Assembly (NCBI GenBank): GCA_035575905.1
Contig: DATLXL010000023.1
Coordinates: forward strand, 4,617-68,616
Direction: 5' to 3'
Source: Bradyrhizobium sp.
GTDB taxonomy: Bacteria > Pseudomonadota > Alphaproteobacteria > Rhizobiales > Xanthobacteraceae
Length of the DNA: 64,000 bases
Shown: in pieces, positions 46,676-57,123 of the stretch
Numbering within the stretch: the stretch's first letter is position 1
Layout of the letters: every line of letters begins with the position of its first letter
Notes under the pieces: model-generated
Databases searched by the model: none
Told to the model about the DNA's origin: nothing
What the model saw: the letters and a program-made list of their open reading frames with translations, nothing else
Program-made: the position numbers and the translations under genes

Positions 46676-46939
46676 GGCGTCGACGCTGCGAAATTCCGAT
46701 CGAGAGCTTTTGGCAATCCTGCTCCGCGAGATCGGCGTCCGGAGCACGGCGGAATAATCCGCCCGATCAGGGGTTAGCGGCGGTGAGGTGATAGGAGGGC
46801 TGGTGCGGCCGTCGCATGGGCGTCATCGCAATATCCTCAAATCGCTGATAGATTCGAGAGCCCATACCCGCCGCTGGCGAACAGGCTCGCGCAGGCAGCC
46901 ACCGTCTCAGAGAAAATCGTCATCACAGGGAGATTCCAC

Positions 46940-47834
46940 ATGGAACTGACACGACGTCAGGTCTTGACCGGCGCCGCCGGCATCGCAGCCGCGCCGCTTC
47001 TGCCGGCGATAGCGGCAAATGCGGCAGCGCCGCTTGCCGAAAAACAGGCGCCGAGCTTCTACCGCTACAAGGTCGGCGATGCCCAGGTGAACGTGATCTC
47101 GGACGGCGTGAACACCTTCGCCTTGCCCGAGACGTTTGTTCTCAATGCGAAGAAGGACGACGTCAATGCCGCACTGGAAAAGGCGTTTCTGCCGAAGGAC
47201 AAGGTGAGCATTCACTTTGCACCGCTCGTCATCAACACCGGCGGCAAGCTCGTCGTGGTGGACACCGGCAACGGGCCGGGCGCCTTCGCTTCGAGCAAAG
47301 GCAATGTCGGTCAGTTCGCCAGCAACATGGCGGCCGCCGGCATCGACCCGAAGTCGGTCGACATGGTCGTGATCTCGCACTTCCATGGTGGACGACGGCG
47401 AGATGGGCAAGCAGACCACCGAGCGCATGAAGGGCGTGTTCGCCAACGCCCGCCGGGTGTTCGATGCTGGCCTCAAGAAGAAGGTTACGCCGTACGAACA
47501 CGGCAAGGACGTTGCGCCGGGATTGCAGGCGGTGGCAACGCTCGGCCATACGCCGGGGCACACCTCGTTCATCCTGTCGTCCGGGAACGACAAGGTGTTC
47601 ATCCAGTCCGACGTCACCAACAATCCCGCCGTGTTCGTCGCCAATCCGGGCTGGCACCTGATGTTCGATCAGGATCCGCAAATGGCGGAGGCTACCCGCC
47701 GCAAGGTCTACGACATGCTGTCAGCCGACAAGATGCGGGTCCAGGGCTTCCACTATCCATTCCCGGCAATCGGCTAGGTTGAAAAGGACGGCACCGGCTA
47801 CCGGCTGGTCCCGGTGCCGTGGAGCCCGGTCTGA
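46940..47834 (+). pseudogene. Tat-exported MBL-fold metallo-hydrolase, inactivated by an internal out-of-frame deletion and an in-frame TAG
   Basis: The N-part (46940 frame) ends VVISHFHG, so the HxHxDH motif is cut after the G. The C-part continues in another frame from 47385 (VDDGEMGK...GHTPGHTSF...FPAIG). TAG at 47775-47777 is followed in frame by VEKDGTGYRLVPVPWSPV and TGA at 47832. Confidence 0.75.
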
Positions 47835-47858
47835 GACCAGGTCTGACTTAACCGTGAT

Positions 47859-47897
47859 GGGAGGCCGCGCCGGACACGGGGCGGCCTTCCGCATTTT
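47859..47897 (+). terminator. Hairpin plus T-rich tail downstream of the MBL pseudogene
   Basis: GGGAGGCCGC (47859-47868) pairs with GCGGCCTTCC (47881-47890) in 9 of 10 bp, then GCATTTT. Confidence 0.45.
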
Positions 47898-48107
47898 GCC
47901 TTGACCGGCGATGGAACCGGCCTTATGAGCCGCGCCCATGATCAACGGTTCGACCATCGCCAGTGCTCGCCGCCGCCGCGCCACCGCGGTATGGGCGATC
48001 GCTCGCGTCTGAGATCGTCCCTGCCGCCGGATCCATCCCGCGGCTTTCCCCCTTGCTAGAAACGCGGTTTGATCCGGCGGCTCCTTCACCAAGGCAGGAG
48101 TTGGAAA

Positions 48108-48782
48108 ATGTATACGCCGCCCATGTTCAAGACCGATCGCGCCGCGAGCCTTGCGTTCGCACAGGCGCGCGGCTTCGGCACGGTCTGTGCATGGGACGGC
48201 AGGCGCCCGATCGCCTCGTCTCTGCCGTTCTATCTGGGCCATGCCGAGGACGGCACGCCGCTCGCGCTGTTTCACGTCGCCCGTCACAATCCACTGGTAA
48301 AATTGGCCGACGCTGTCACGCCCTGGGTACTCGCGATCAACGGCGCAGATGCCTATGTGACGCCCGACTGGTATGTTTCGGCCGACCAAGTGCCGACCTG
48401 GCTTTACCAGGCGGTGCACCTGACCGGACGGGTACGGACGCTGAACGAGGATGAACTCGTTGTGCAGATCGATGCGCTCAGCGCAAAGTTCGAGGACTGG
48501 CTGGCGCCGAAGAAGCCGTGGACGTCGGCCAAGATGACGACCGCGCGGCTTGAAGCGCTGAAGAAGGCAATTGTCGGGCTGTCCATGCGGGTCGAGGATG
48601 TCGAGGGCAGTTTCAAGCTCAACCAGCACAAGTCCGAAGCCGACTACGCTGCGGTCGCCGCTGGACTCGCAGCACGGCCTGACCACGGTTCGCAGACGAT
48701 TGCGCAATTGATGCGCGAGACACGGCCGCAAGCCTTTGCCGCAACGACAGACCAAACCGCTTCGCTTGAAGGGAGCATGTGA
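48108..48782 (+). CDS. FMN-binding negative transcriptional regulator (PaiB family)
   Basis: AGGAG lies 8 nt upstream of ATG 48108. MYTPPMFKTDRAASLAFAQARGFGTV is the typical PaiB N-terminus. Confidence 0.85.
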   Translation: MYTPPMFKTDRAASLAFAQARGFGTVCAWDGRRPIASSLPFYLGHAEDGTPLALFHVARHNPLVKLADAVTPWVLAINGADAYVTPDWYVSADQVPTWLYQAVHLTGRVRTLNEDELVVQIDALSAKFEDWLAPKKPWTSAKMTTARLEALKKAIVGLSMRVEDVEGSFKLNQHKSEADYAAVAAGLAARPDHGSQTIAQLMRETRPQAFAATTDQTASLEGSM

Positions 48783-49759
48783 TGAGCCTCTCCGAAACCC
48801 GTCAGAACACCGCCGATACGCTCAAGAAGCCCACCGTCTTCGTCGACGGCGGCTCCGGCACCACGGGCCTTGGCATTGCCGAGCGGCTGCGGCTGCAGAG
48901 CGACATCGGCGTGAAGAACATCGCCGACGACAAGCGCAAGGATCCGGCCGCCAAGAAGGCGCTGATGGAGGAGGTCGATCTCGTCATCCTCTGCCTGCCC
49001 GACGACGCGGCGAAGGAAACCGTCGCGCTGATCGACGGCATGGGCGCCAAGGGCCCTCGCGTGCTTGATGCCTCGACGGCATTCCGGGTCGCACCCGATT
49101 GGGCCTACGGCTTTCCGGAACTGGCGCCGGACCAGGCCGACAAGATTCGCAGCGCGAAGAAGGTCTCCAACCCCGGCTGCTATCCGACCGGCGGCATTGC
49201 CCTGCTGCGGCCGATCGTCGATGCCGGCCTGCTGCCGGCGAACTATCCGGTCACTGTCAACGCGGTGAGCGGCTATTCCGGCGGCGGCAAGTCGATGATC
49301 GCGGACTTCGAGAGCGGCGCTGCGCCGGCCTTCGAGCTCTATGGCCTCGGCTTCGAGCACAAGCATGTTCCGGAACTGCAGCTTTATTCGAAGCTGACGC
49401 GGCGGCCGATCTTCGTTCCCTCGGTCGGCAACTACCGCCAGGGCATGCTGGTTTCGGTGCCGCTGCAACTCGACACGCTGCCGGGCAAACCCGGCGGCGC
49501 CGACCTGCATGCGGCGCTCGCCAAGCGCTACGCGGGCAGCACCTATGTCTCGGTGATGCCGCTGGACGGCAAGGCGGCGAAGGACGGAAGACTTGAGCCC
49601 GAAGCGCTCAACGAGACCAACCGGCTCGAGCTCTATGTCTTCGCCAGCGACAAGCATCACCAGGCGGTGCTGGTCGCCCGGCTCGACAATCTCGGCAAGG
49701 GCGCCTCGGGCGCGGCCGTGCAGAACATGCGGCTGATGCTGGGGCTGCCGGACAGGTAA
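48782..49759 (+). CDS. argC: N-acetyl-gamma-glutamyl-phosphate reductase
   Basis: Catalytic Cys motif VSNPGCYPTGGI. Start overlaps the paiB stop (ATGTGATG). GTG 48779 is an alternative start. Confidence 0.92.
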   Translation: MSLSETRQNTADTLKKPTVFVDGGSGTTGLGIAERLRLQSDIGVKNIADDKRKDPAAKKALMEEVDLVILCLPDDAAKETVALIDGMGAKGPRVLDASTAFRVAPDWAYGFPELAPDQADKIRSAKKVSNPGCYPTGGIALLRPIVDAGLLPANYPVTVNAVSGYSGGGKSMIADFESGAAPAFELYGLGFEHKHVPELQLYSKLTRRPIFVPSVGNYRQGMLVSVPLQLDTLPGKPGGADLHAALAKRYAGSTYVSVMPLDGKAAKDGRLEPEALNETNRLELYVFASDKHHQAVLVARLDNLGKGASGAAVQNMRLMLGLPDR

Positions 49760-49769
49760 CGGGCGCTTC

Positions 49770-50363
49770 GTGGACGAGCCCACGCTGCAATTCTACCGGC
49801 GCAACGCCGAAGCCTATGCGAAGCGCGAGATCGCTTCGCGTCAGGTTCGGCTGGCCAAATTCCTTGCGCTGCTGCCGCCCGGCGCCGCCATCCTCGAACT
49901 TGGATGCGGCGCCGGCGCCGACTCCGCCGAAATGCTCGCGCGGGGTTACGACGTCACGCCGACCGATGGCTCGCCTGAAATGGCCGAGGTCGCCTCGCGC
50001 CGCCTCGGCCGGCAGGTCAGGACGCTGCTGTTCGACGATCTCGATGCGGTCGCAGTCTATGACGGCATCTGGGCCAACGCCTGCCTGCTGCACGTGCCGC
50101 GGGATCAGCTGGCCAACGTGCTGGCACGTATCCGTCGCGCGCTGAAGGCCGGCGGCGCATTCTACGCCAGCTACAAATCGGGCGACGGCGACGGGCGCGA
50201 TGCGCTCGACCGCTACTACAATTATCCCACCGAAGAATGGCTGCGAGCCACGTACCGGCAGGCAGGCGCGTGGAGCGACCTGTCGATCGAGACCGGCGAG
50301 GTCAGGGGCTTTGACGATGCAATGGCGGAGATGTTGTTCGTCCTCGCGCGCAAGAGCCCCTGA
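49770..50363 (+). CDS. Class I SAM-dependent methyltransferase
   Basis: Motif I ILELGCGAGADS. 197 aa. GTG start. Confidence 0.8.
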   Translation: MDEPTLQFYRRNAEAYAKREIASRQVRLAKFLALLPPGAAILELGCGAGADSAEMLARGYDVTPTDGSPEMAEVASRRLGRQVRTLLFDDLDAVAVYDGIWANACLLHVPRDQLANVLARIRRALKAGGAFYASYKSGDGDGRDALDRYYNYPTEEWLRATYRQAGAWSDLSIETGEVRGFDDAMAEMLFVLARKSP

Positions 50364-50369
50364 ACCGCT

Positions 50370-50768
50370 TCACAGCACCTTGAAGATCGCCAGCGCGAGC
50401 ACGGCCTGGGCGAGGAAGCCGACGGTGAAGGCCAGCGTGCGGAACACCGGCAGGCCGAGCGTGTAGACGATGAGATGCGCAACGCGCGACCAGAAATAGA
50501 CGGCGCAGGCCAGCGCGGTCCATTTGGTGGAATAATCGAGATCGCTCAGGATCAGCACCAGCGGCGCGAAGACGACGAGGTTTTCCACCGCGTTATCGTG
50601 CGCGAACATCAGCCGGTTCGCCCAGTCGGCCTGCGGCTTGGCGGTGCGGGAGGGGTTGGCCATCGCGCCGGAGAGGCCGCGCACCTGGCAGCGGTTGATG
50701 ATGTAGGGAATCCAGAGGACTCCCGTCAGGATCACCGTGCAAGACAGCCAGAACAATTCGCGCGTCAT
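50370..50768 (-). CDS. MAPEG-family membrane protein
   Basis: 132 aa with four hydrophobic helices. Length and pattern (FAHDNAVENL) fit MAPEG. Confidence 0.75.
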   Translation of the reverse strand: MTRELFWLSCTVILTGVLWIPYIINRCQVRGLSGAMANPSRTAKPQADWANRLMFAHDNAVENLVVFAPLVLILSDLDYSTKWTALACAVYFWSRVAHLIVYTLGLPVFRTLAFTVGFLAQAVLALAIFKVL

Positions 50769-50841
50769 CGCTTCCCCCTATTTCAATTTCGACACCCGAC
50801 CCGGCGGGATGAGGGTTTATAGCGGAGCGCGGCGCGGGACG

Positions 50842-52647
50842 CTACGCGCGGACCCTGACATAGCTGCCCGGCGCATCCTCGATCGGCGGCAGCACGTCAC
50901 CGACGGTGCGCGCCGGAACCCGTTCGGCGTCGATGGATTCCAACCATTGCCGCCAGTCCGGCCACCACGATCCCTTGTGCTCGACGGCACCCTTCATCCA
51001 TTCGGCAACCGACCCGGCCCTGATGTTGTCGTTGGTCCAGTACTGATACTTGCCGCCCGCCGGCGGATTGACGACGCCGGCGATATGGCCGGACCCGGAC
51101 AGCACATACTTTACCGGGCCGCCGAAGAATTGCGAGCCGTAGAGCACCGATTCGGCCGGCGCGATGTGGTCCTCGCGCGTGGCGAGATTATAGACCGGCA
51201 CCTTCACCTTGGAGAGGTCGAGCACGGTGTCGTCGAGCACCATGCTGCCGGTCGAGAGGCGGTTGTCGAGATAGCAGTTGCGCAAGTAGTAGGAATGATT
51301 CGCCGCCGGCATCCGCGTCGCGTCGGAATTCCAGTGCAGCAGGTCGAAGGCCGCGGGCGGCTGGCCCTTCAGGTAGTTGTTGACGACGTAGGACCAAATC
51401 AGGTCGTTCGAGCGCAGCATGTTGAAGGCCATCGCCATCCTGCTGCCCTCGAGCACGCCTGATTCTTCCATGTCGCGCTCAAGCGCGGAGATCTGATCCT
51501 CGTCGACGAAGACGAGGAGATCGCCGGCATGGGTGAAGTCGACCTGCGCGGCAAAGAACGTTGCCGATGTCACGCGCTGCTGTCGCTTCTCGGCGAGATA
51601 GGCAAGGGTGGTGGCGAGCAGCGTGCCGCCGACGCAGTAGCCGGCGGTATGCACCTTCATCTCGCCGGTCACCTTCTCGATGACGTCCATGGCGGCGAGC
51701 GGGCCTTCCCTCATGTAGTCGGCCCAGGTCTTCTTGGCGAGCTCCTTGTCCGGATTGACCCAGGAGATCACGAACACGGTGATGCCCTGGTCGACGCACC
51801 ATTTGATGTAGGATTTTTCCGGACGCAGATCGAGGATGTAGAACTTGTTGATCCAGGGCGGCACGATCAGGAGCGGCGTGCGCAGCACCGTCTCCGTCGA
51901 CGGCGAGTACTGGATCAGCTGCATCAGATCGTTCTGGTAGATCACCTTGCCCGGCGTTGTCGCCATGTTGACGCCGACTTGCAGGTTGTCGGGATCGGAC
52001 TGGCGGATGCGCAGCGTGCCGCGGCCGGCCTCGATGTCCTCGGCCAGCATCTTCATGCCGCGCACGAGATTGTCGCCTTTGGAAGCCAGCGTCTCGCGCA
52101 GCACTTCCGGGTTGGTCAGCACGAAGTTGCTGGGCGCGAGCGCATTGCTGATCTGCTGGACGTAGAATTCCGCCTTCTTTCTGGTATGCGGGTCGAGACC
52201 CTCGGCGTTCTTGACGAGGTCATGCGCCCATTGCGTCGTCAAAAGATAAAGCTGCATCACGAAGTCGAAGAACTGGTTCGACTTCCACTCCGGATCCTTG
52301 AAGCGCTTGTCGCGCGGCGATGGCTCGACCGCAGGTTTGACGTCTTGCTCGCCAGCCATGCGGCGCACCGCCGAGCCCCAGAGGTCGAGATAGGCCTTGC
52401 CCAGCTTGTGTTGCAGGTCTGCGGCGCGGTCCTTGTCGGACATCCAGTATTGGGCGACCGACGAGAAGGTCTTGACCACCTCGGCAACTTCACTCGGCGG
52501 CTTGTCCGTTACCTCGCCGGCCTGGCGTGGCTTCAGATACGCGGCGAGGGCCTGGCCAGAACTCTCCATCGCGCGCGCGATGTTCATGGCGAACGCGTCC
52601 GCGTCGAATTTGGTCTCGGGCTTGTGTTGGGTGCCGACGTCACTCAT
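50842..52647 (-). CDS. phaC: Class I poly(R)-hydroxyalkanoate synthase
   Basis: 601 aa. Lipase-box-like GYCVGG with catalytic Cys and a conserved PhaC N-domain (DKRFKDPEW). Confidence 0.93.
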   Translation of the reverse strand: MSDVGTQHKPETKFDADAFAMNIARAMESSGQALAAYLKPRQAGEVTDKPPSEVAEVVKTFSSVAQYWMSDKDRAADLQHKLGKAYLDLWGSAVRRMAGEQDVKPAVEPSPRDKRFKDPEWKSNQFFDFVMQLYLLTTQWAHDLVKNAEGLDPHTRKKAEFYVQQISNALAPSNFVLTNPEVLRETLASKGDNLVRGMKMLAEDIEAGRGTLRIRQSDPDNLQVGVNMATTPGKVIYQNDLMQLIQYSPSTETVLRTPLLIVPPWINKFYILDLRPEKSYIKWCVDQGITVFVISWVNPDKELAKKTWADYMREGPLAAMDVIEKVTGEMKVHTAGYCVGGTLLATTLAYLAEKRQQRVTSATFFAAQVDFTHAGDLLVFVDEDQISALERDMEESGVLEGSRMAMAFNMLRSNDLIWSYVVNNYLKGQPPAAFDLLHWNSDATRMPAANHSYYLRNCYLDNRLSTGSMVLDDTVLDLSKVKVPVYNLATREDHIAPAESVLYGSQFFGGPVKYVLSGSGHIAGVVNPPAGGKYQYWTNDNIRAGSVAEWMKGAVEHKGSWWPDWRQWLESIDAERVPARTVGDVLPPIEDAPGSYVRVRA

Positions 52648-52727
52648 GTTGCCAATCTAGTCGTTTCACGTCGCTTCGTCACCGCGGGCCAGAGGGCGTT
52701 TTCTTTCGATTAACTCTCAGAACTGTG

Positions 52728-52744
52728 TTGCTGCGCTGCGGCAA
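52728..52744. promoter_or_regulatory. TGC-rich near-palindrome upstream of phaC (weak PhaR-operator candidate)
   Basis: TTGC-TGCGCTGCG-GCAA, containing CTGC-GCT-GCGG. About 80-100 nt upstream of the phaC start. Confidence 0.2.
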
Positions 52745-52901
52745 AGTTTCGCGATTCCGACATAATCAAGCCTCACCGCTGTCTTCTGTTGTTGCGCCCT
52801 TGATCGTCGCGGGGGACAATCGTGTGAACGATTGCTAGGATTTCGCTGCAAGTGGTGGGCCAGCGGGATAAGTAACGGGCGCTAGTTGGGATTCCGCTAA
52901 A

Positions 52902-53183
52902 ATGCCGGGTGGAGCAATCAGGCTGTTCGTGACGGGGGCGCTGCTGGCTGCAGCGCTCGCGGCCGGCGGCTGTTCGACCCAGATCGCCGACATGAGCATG
53001 CCCTCCGACGCGCCGCCGCGGGCGAAGGAGGCTGGCAGCTACCTGCCGGTGCATGACCTGCCGCCCGACCGGGCCGAGGCCGCGATGAAGCCCGATGAGC
53101 AGAAGCGGATCCAGTCCGAGTTGATTGCCGCCCGGGACCGCCAGGCGTCCTCGACTGCCCCGGCCAGCCCCCCCGCCAGATAG
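52902..53183 (+). CDS. Small lipoprotein, hypothetical
   Basis: Lipobox LAAGGC in MPGGAIRLFVTGALLAAALAAGGCST. 93 aa with a Pro/Ala-rich tail. Confidence 0.6.
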   Translation: MPGGAIRLFVTGALLAAALAAGGCSTQIADMSMPSDAPPRAKEAGSYLPVHDLPPDRAEAAMKPDEQKRIQSELIAARDRQASSTAPASPPAR

Positions 53184-53372
53184 GCCCGAAACCGCGCGAT
53201 TTGCGCTGGCATCGCGGGCCTTGCGTGGTAAAACGCTCGAATTCAACGGTGCGGCGGTTGAACTTGGCATAAGTCCTTGATGGGGCGCGGTCTTGCGCGG
53301 AGTTGGGGCTGCGCCGGACCGTCAGCCGTGCCGGTCACCAACTGGATGCCGGCATTCCGGAGCCCGAGATCC

Positions 53373-54593
53373 ATGGAAGAATTTTACCGCATCCGCCGCC
53401 TGCCGCCCTACGTGTTCGAAAAGGTCAATCAGGCCAAGGCGGCCGCGCGCAATGCGGGGGCTGACATCATCGATATGGGCATGGGCAACCCGGACCTGCC
53501 GGCGCCGCCCCATGTGCTGGAGAAGCTGAAGGAGGTTCTGGGCAAGCCGCGGACCGACCGCTACTCGGCCTCGCGCGGCATCAACGGGCTGCGCAAGGCG
53601 CAGGCGGGCTATTACGCGCGCCGGTTCGGGGTGAAGCTCAACCCGGACACCCAGATCGTTGCGACGCTGGGTTCCAAGGAGGGCTTTGCCAACGTCGCAC
53701 AGGCGATCACGGCGCCGGGCGATGTCGTGCTGTGTCCGAACCCGAGCTATCCCATCCACGCCTTCGGCTTCCTGATGGCGGGCGGCGTGGTCCGCTCGGT
53801 GCCGTCGGAGCCGACGCCGCAATTCTTCGAGATGGTGGAACGCGCGATCGTCCACTCGATCCCGAAGCCGATCGCGCTGATCGTCTGCTATCCGTCCAAT
53901 CCGACCGCCTATGTCGCCGATCTCGATTTCTACCGGGATCTCGTCGCATTCGCCAAGAAGCATGACATCTTGATCCTGTCCGACCTTGCTTATGCGGAGG
54001 TCTATTTCGACGACAACAACCCGCCGCCTTCGGTGCTGCAGGTTCCCGGCGCGATCGACGTAACCGTCGAGTTCACGTCGATGTCAAAGACGTTCTCGAT
54101 GGCCGGCTGGCGCATGGGCTTTGCGGTCGGCAACGAGCGGATCATCGCGGCGCTGGCGCGCGTAAAATCCTACCTCGATTACGGTGCCTTTACGCCGGTC
54201 CAGGTGGCGGCGACCGCTGCGCTGAACGGGCCGGATGATTGCATTCGCGAGATGCGTGAAACCTATCGCAAGCGCCGCGATGCGCTGGTCGAGTCATTCG
54301 GCCGCGCCGGCTGGGATATCCCGCCGCCGCAGGCTTCGATGTTCGCCTGGGCGCCGCTGCCCAAAGCGTTTGAGGGCATCGGCAGCATGGATTTCGCGAC
54401 CCTGATGGTGGAAAAATCCGGCGTTGTGGTCTCGCCCGGGGTCGCCTTTGGCGAGCATGGCGAGGGTTATGTCCGCATCGCCATGGTGGAAAACGAGCAG
54501 CGAATCCGGCAGGCCGCGCGCGGCGTGCGCCGCTTCCTTGAAAGTGGGATCGAAACGTTGCACAACGTGGTTCCTCTTGCCAATCGGCGCTAG
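53373..54593 (+). CDS. Class I/II PLP-dependent aminotransferase (AlaC/DapL-like)
   Basis: ATG 53373 (MEEFYRIRRLPPYVFEKVNQ...). PLP-lysine context FTSMSKTFSMAGWRMGF. Confidence 0.9.
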   Translation: MEEFYRIRRLPPYVFEKVNQAKAAARNAGADIIDMGMGNPDLPAPPHVLEKLKEVLGKPRTDRYSASRGINGLRKAQAGYYARRFGVKLNPDTQIVATLGSKEGFANVAQAITAPGDVVLCPNPSYPIHAFGFLMAGGVVRSVPSEPTPQFFEMVERAIVHSIPKPIALIVCYPSNPTAYVADLDFYRDLVAFAKKHDILILSDLAYAEVYFDDNNPPPSVLQVPGAIDVTVEFTSMSKTFSMAGWRMGFAVGNERIIAALARVKSYLDYGAFTPVQVAATAALNGPDDCIREMRETYRKRRDALVESFGRAGWDIPPPQASMFAWAPLPKAFEGIGSMDFATLMVEKSGVVVSPGVAFGEHGEGYVRIAMVENEQRIRQAARGVRRFLESGIETLHNVVPLANRR

Positions 54594-54617
54594 TCTCACC
54601 GGCAGGTTTTCACGTCC

Positions 54618-55937
54618 ATGGTCGCACCCCTCAAAGTGGGTATTGCGGGGCTCGGCACTGTTGGCGCCGAAGTTGTCCGCCTCATCGAAGAACAGGGCAG
54701 GATGCTGTCCGCGCGCACCGGCCGGGCCATCCATGTCGTTTCGGTGACAGCGCGCTCCAAGGCGAAGAAGCGCGGCGTCAGCCTGCGCGGTATCGATTGG
54801 GCAAAGAGCCCGCTGGCGCTCGCCACCGATCCGAATGTCGATTGCTTCGTGGAACTGATGGGCGGCGTCGGCGATCCCGCGTTTCCGGCGGTCGAGGCGG
54901 CGCTCAAGGCCGGCAAGTCGGTGGTCACAGCCAACAAGGCACTGATCGCCAAGCACGGCGTCCGGCTGGCGAAAGCCGCCGAAGAGCAGGGCGGCGCGCT
55001 GAACTACGAGGCGGCGGTTGCCGGCGGCATCCCAATCATCAAGACGCTGCGCGAAGGCCTTGCCGGGACCAGCGTCAACCGGGTCTACGGCATCCTCAAC
55101 GGCACCTGCAATTATATCCTGAGCCGAATGGAGCAGGAGGGGCTGACCTTCGATGAATGCCTGAAGGACGCGCAGCGGCTCGGCTATGCCGAGGCCAATC
55201 CGTCGTTCGACGTCGACGGCCATGACACCGCGCAGAAACTGGCGATCCTGGCGAGCCTCGCTTTCGGCATCAAGGTGTCGCAGAGCGCGATCTATGTCGA
55301 AGGCATTTCCTCCATCAGGCCGGAAGACCTTCGCGCGGCGGAAGAACTCGGCTACCGCGTAAAACTGCTTGGCGTCGCCGTGCGCACCGACAAGGGCATC
55401 GAGCAGCGCGTGCACCCGACCATGGTGCCGAAGACGTCATCCATCGCGCAGGTGATGGGCGTCACCAACGCGGTGACGATCGACGGCGAGGGCATTCCGC
55501 CGATCACGCTGGTCGGTCCCGGCGCCGGCGGGGCAGCGACCGCAGCCTCCGTGGTTGCCGACATCGCGGATGTGGCGCGCGGCATTCGCGCAACGCCGTT
55601 CGGCCGTCCCGTGGACAAGCTTCGCGATACGACCAAGGCGCCGATGGAACGCCATGAAGGCGGCTATTACATCCGCCTGATGGCGCGCGATCTCGCCGGC
55701 ACGGCGGCGACCATTGCCACGCGGCTTGCCGAGCAGAAGATTTCGCTGGAATCGATCGTGCAGCGCCATCCCGAAGGCGTGGACGCCGCGGGCGCGCCGA
55801 AGAGCGGCTCGCCCGTGCCGGTCATCCTGATCACGTATGCTACGCATGAGGATGCGGTGCACCGGGCGCTTGCCGCCGTGCAGAAGGACAAGGTCATCAC
55901 CGGCCGGCCGCAGGTGATCCGGATCGAGAAGAACTAG
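54618..55937 (+). CDS. hom: Homoserine dehydrogenase
   Basis: NAD-binding VGIAGLGTVGAEV, catalytic-domain motifs, and a C-terminal ACT domain. Confidence 0.92.
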   Translation: MVAPLKVGIAGLGTVGAEVVRLIEEQGRMLSARTGRAIHVVSVTARSKAKKRGVSLRGIDWAKSPLALATDPNVDCFVELMGGVGDPAFPAVEAALKAGKSVVTANKALIAKHGVRLAKAAEEQGGALNYEAAVAGGIPIIKTLREGLAGTSVNRVYGILNGTCNYILSRMEQEGLTFDECLKDAQRLGYAEANPSFDVDGHDTAQKLAILASLAFGIKVSQSAIYVEGISSIRPEDLRAAEELGYRVKLLGVAVRTDKGIEQRVHPTMVPKTSSIAQVMGVTNAVTIDGEGIPPITLVGPGAGGAATAASVVADIADVARGIRATPFGRPVDKLRDTTKAPMERHEGGYYIRLMARDLAGTAATIATRLAEQKISLESIVQRHPEGVDAAGAPKSGSPVPVILITYATHEDAVHRALAAVQKDKVITGRPQVIRIEKN

Positions 55938-56013
55938 CGCGGAGCTGTGCTTCGCGCGCCGCAGGTTTAATGGTGCGGACCATAAGGTCCGGGGACTTTT
56001 GAGGAGTATCGAG

Positions 56014-57015
56014 ATGTCGACGCATATTTCCGTTCCGCCGCAAATGTTGCTCGAGCGCATTCTCACGCTTGAGATCGTGCGCGTGACGGAGCGCGCTGCG
56101 GTGTCGGCGGCGCGACTGCGCGGCCACGGCCAGGAAAAGCCCGCCGACCAGGCCGCGGTCGATGCGATGCGACGGGAGCTCAACAAGTTGCCGATCGAAG
56201 GCACCATCGTGATCGGCGAGGGCGAGCGCGACGAGGCGCCGATGCTGTTCATCGGCGAGAAGGTAGGGCTCAATGCCGGACCGAAGGTCGACATCGCCGT
56301 CGATCCGCTCGAGGGCACCACGCTGTGCGCCAAGAACATGCCGGGCGCGATCGCCACCATGGCGATGGCCGACGGCGGCACGCTTCTGCATGCCCCCGAC
56401 GTCTACATGGAAAAGATCGCGATCGGTCCCGGCTATGCGAAGAACACGATCGACCTCGACGCGCCGCCGGCCGAAAACATCCAGCGTCTCGCCAAGGCCA
56501 AGGGTGTGCCGGCTGCCGCCATCACTGCGCTGGTGCTCGATCGTCCGCGCCATGCCGACCTCATCGCGGCCATTCGCGCCACCGGCGCGGCCGTGCGCCT
56601 GATCACCGACGGTGACGTCGCCGGCGTGATCCACACCGCAAGCCCCGACGAGACCGGCGTCGACATCTACGTGGGCACCGGCGGTGCGCCGGAAGGCGTG
56701 CTGGCGGCCGCCGCGCTGCGCTGCATCGGCGGCCAGATGCAGTGCCGCCTGATCCTCGACACCGCCGAAAAGCGCGAGCGCGCCGCCAAGATGGGCGTCG
56801 ATGATCCCCGCCTGATCTACGGTATCGAGGACATGGTGAAGGGCGACTGCCTGTTCGCCGCGACCGGCGTCACCACCGGCTCGCTGCTCACCGGCGTCAA
56901 GTTCCGCAAGGACAATGTGATCGAGACCGAGACCGTCGTGATGCGCTCCGTCACCGGCACCGTGCGCTACATCAAGGCCGAGCACCGCCAGCTGCAGAAG
57001 TTCCACCTCGACTAG
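56014..57015 (+). CDS. glpX: Class II fructose-1,6-bisphosphatase
   Basis: GAGGAG upstream of ATG 56014. GlpX blocks VDPLEGTTLCA and ITDGDVAGVI. Confidence 0.93.
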   Translation: MSTHISVPPQMLLERILTLEIVRVTERAAVSAARLRGHGQEKPADQAAVDAMRRELNKLPIEGTIVIGEGERDEAPMLFIGEKVGLNAGPKVDIAVDPLEGTTLCAKNMPGAIATMAMADGGTLLHAPDVYMEKIAIGPGYAKNTIDLDAPPAENIQRLAKAKGVPAAAITALVLDRPRHADLIAAIRATGAAVRLITDGDVAGVIHTASPDETGVDIYVGTGGAPEGVLAAAALRCIGGQMQCRLILDTAEKRERAAKMGVDDPRLIYGIEDMVKGDCLFAATGVTTGSLLTGVKFRKDNVIETETVVMRSVTGTVRYIKAEHRQLQKFHLD

Positions 57016-57123
57016 CGCTGGGCGAGGCCTGGCCGGTGCGCGAAGACGACCGCGCCGCCCGGGGGTCGCTGCGGCAGGGCTATCTGCCTTCTCAACCTGA
57101 CAAACAACAAAGAGGGAGTGAGC

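Noticed and set aside
46676-46939. 264-bp leader upstream of the MBL pseudogene, examined as a possible riboswitch
   Set aside because: I could not recognise any conserved riboswitch core (no B12 box, and no TPP, SAM, glycine or FMN signatures). Only a small GGCGGA-ATAA-TCCGCC hairpin is present. Covariance-model searches would be needed for any claim.
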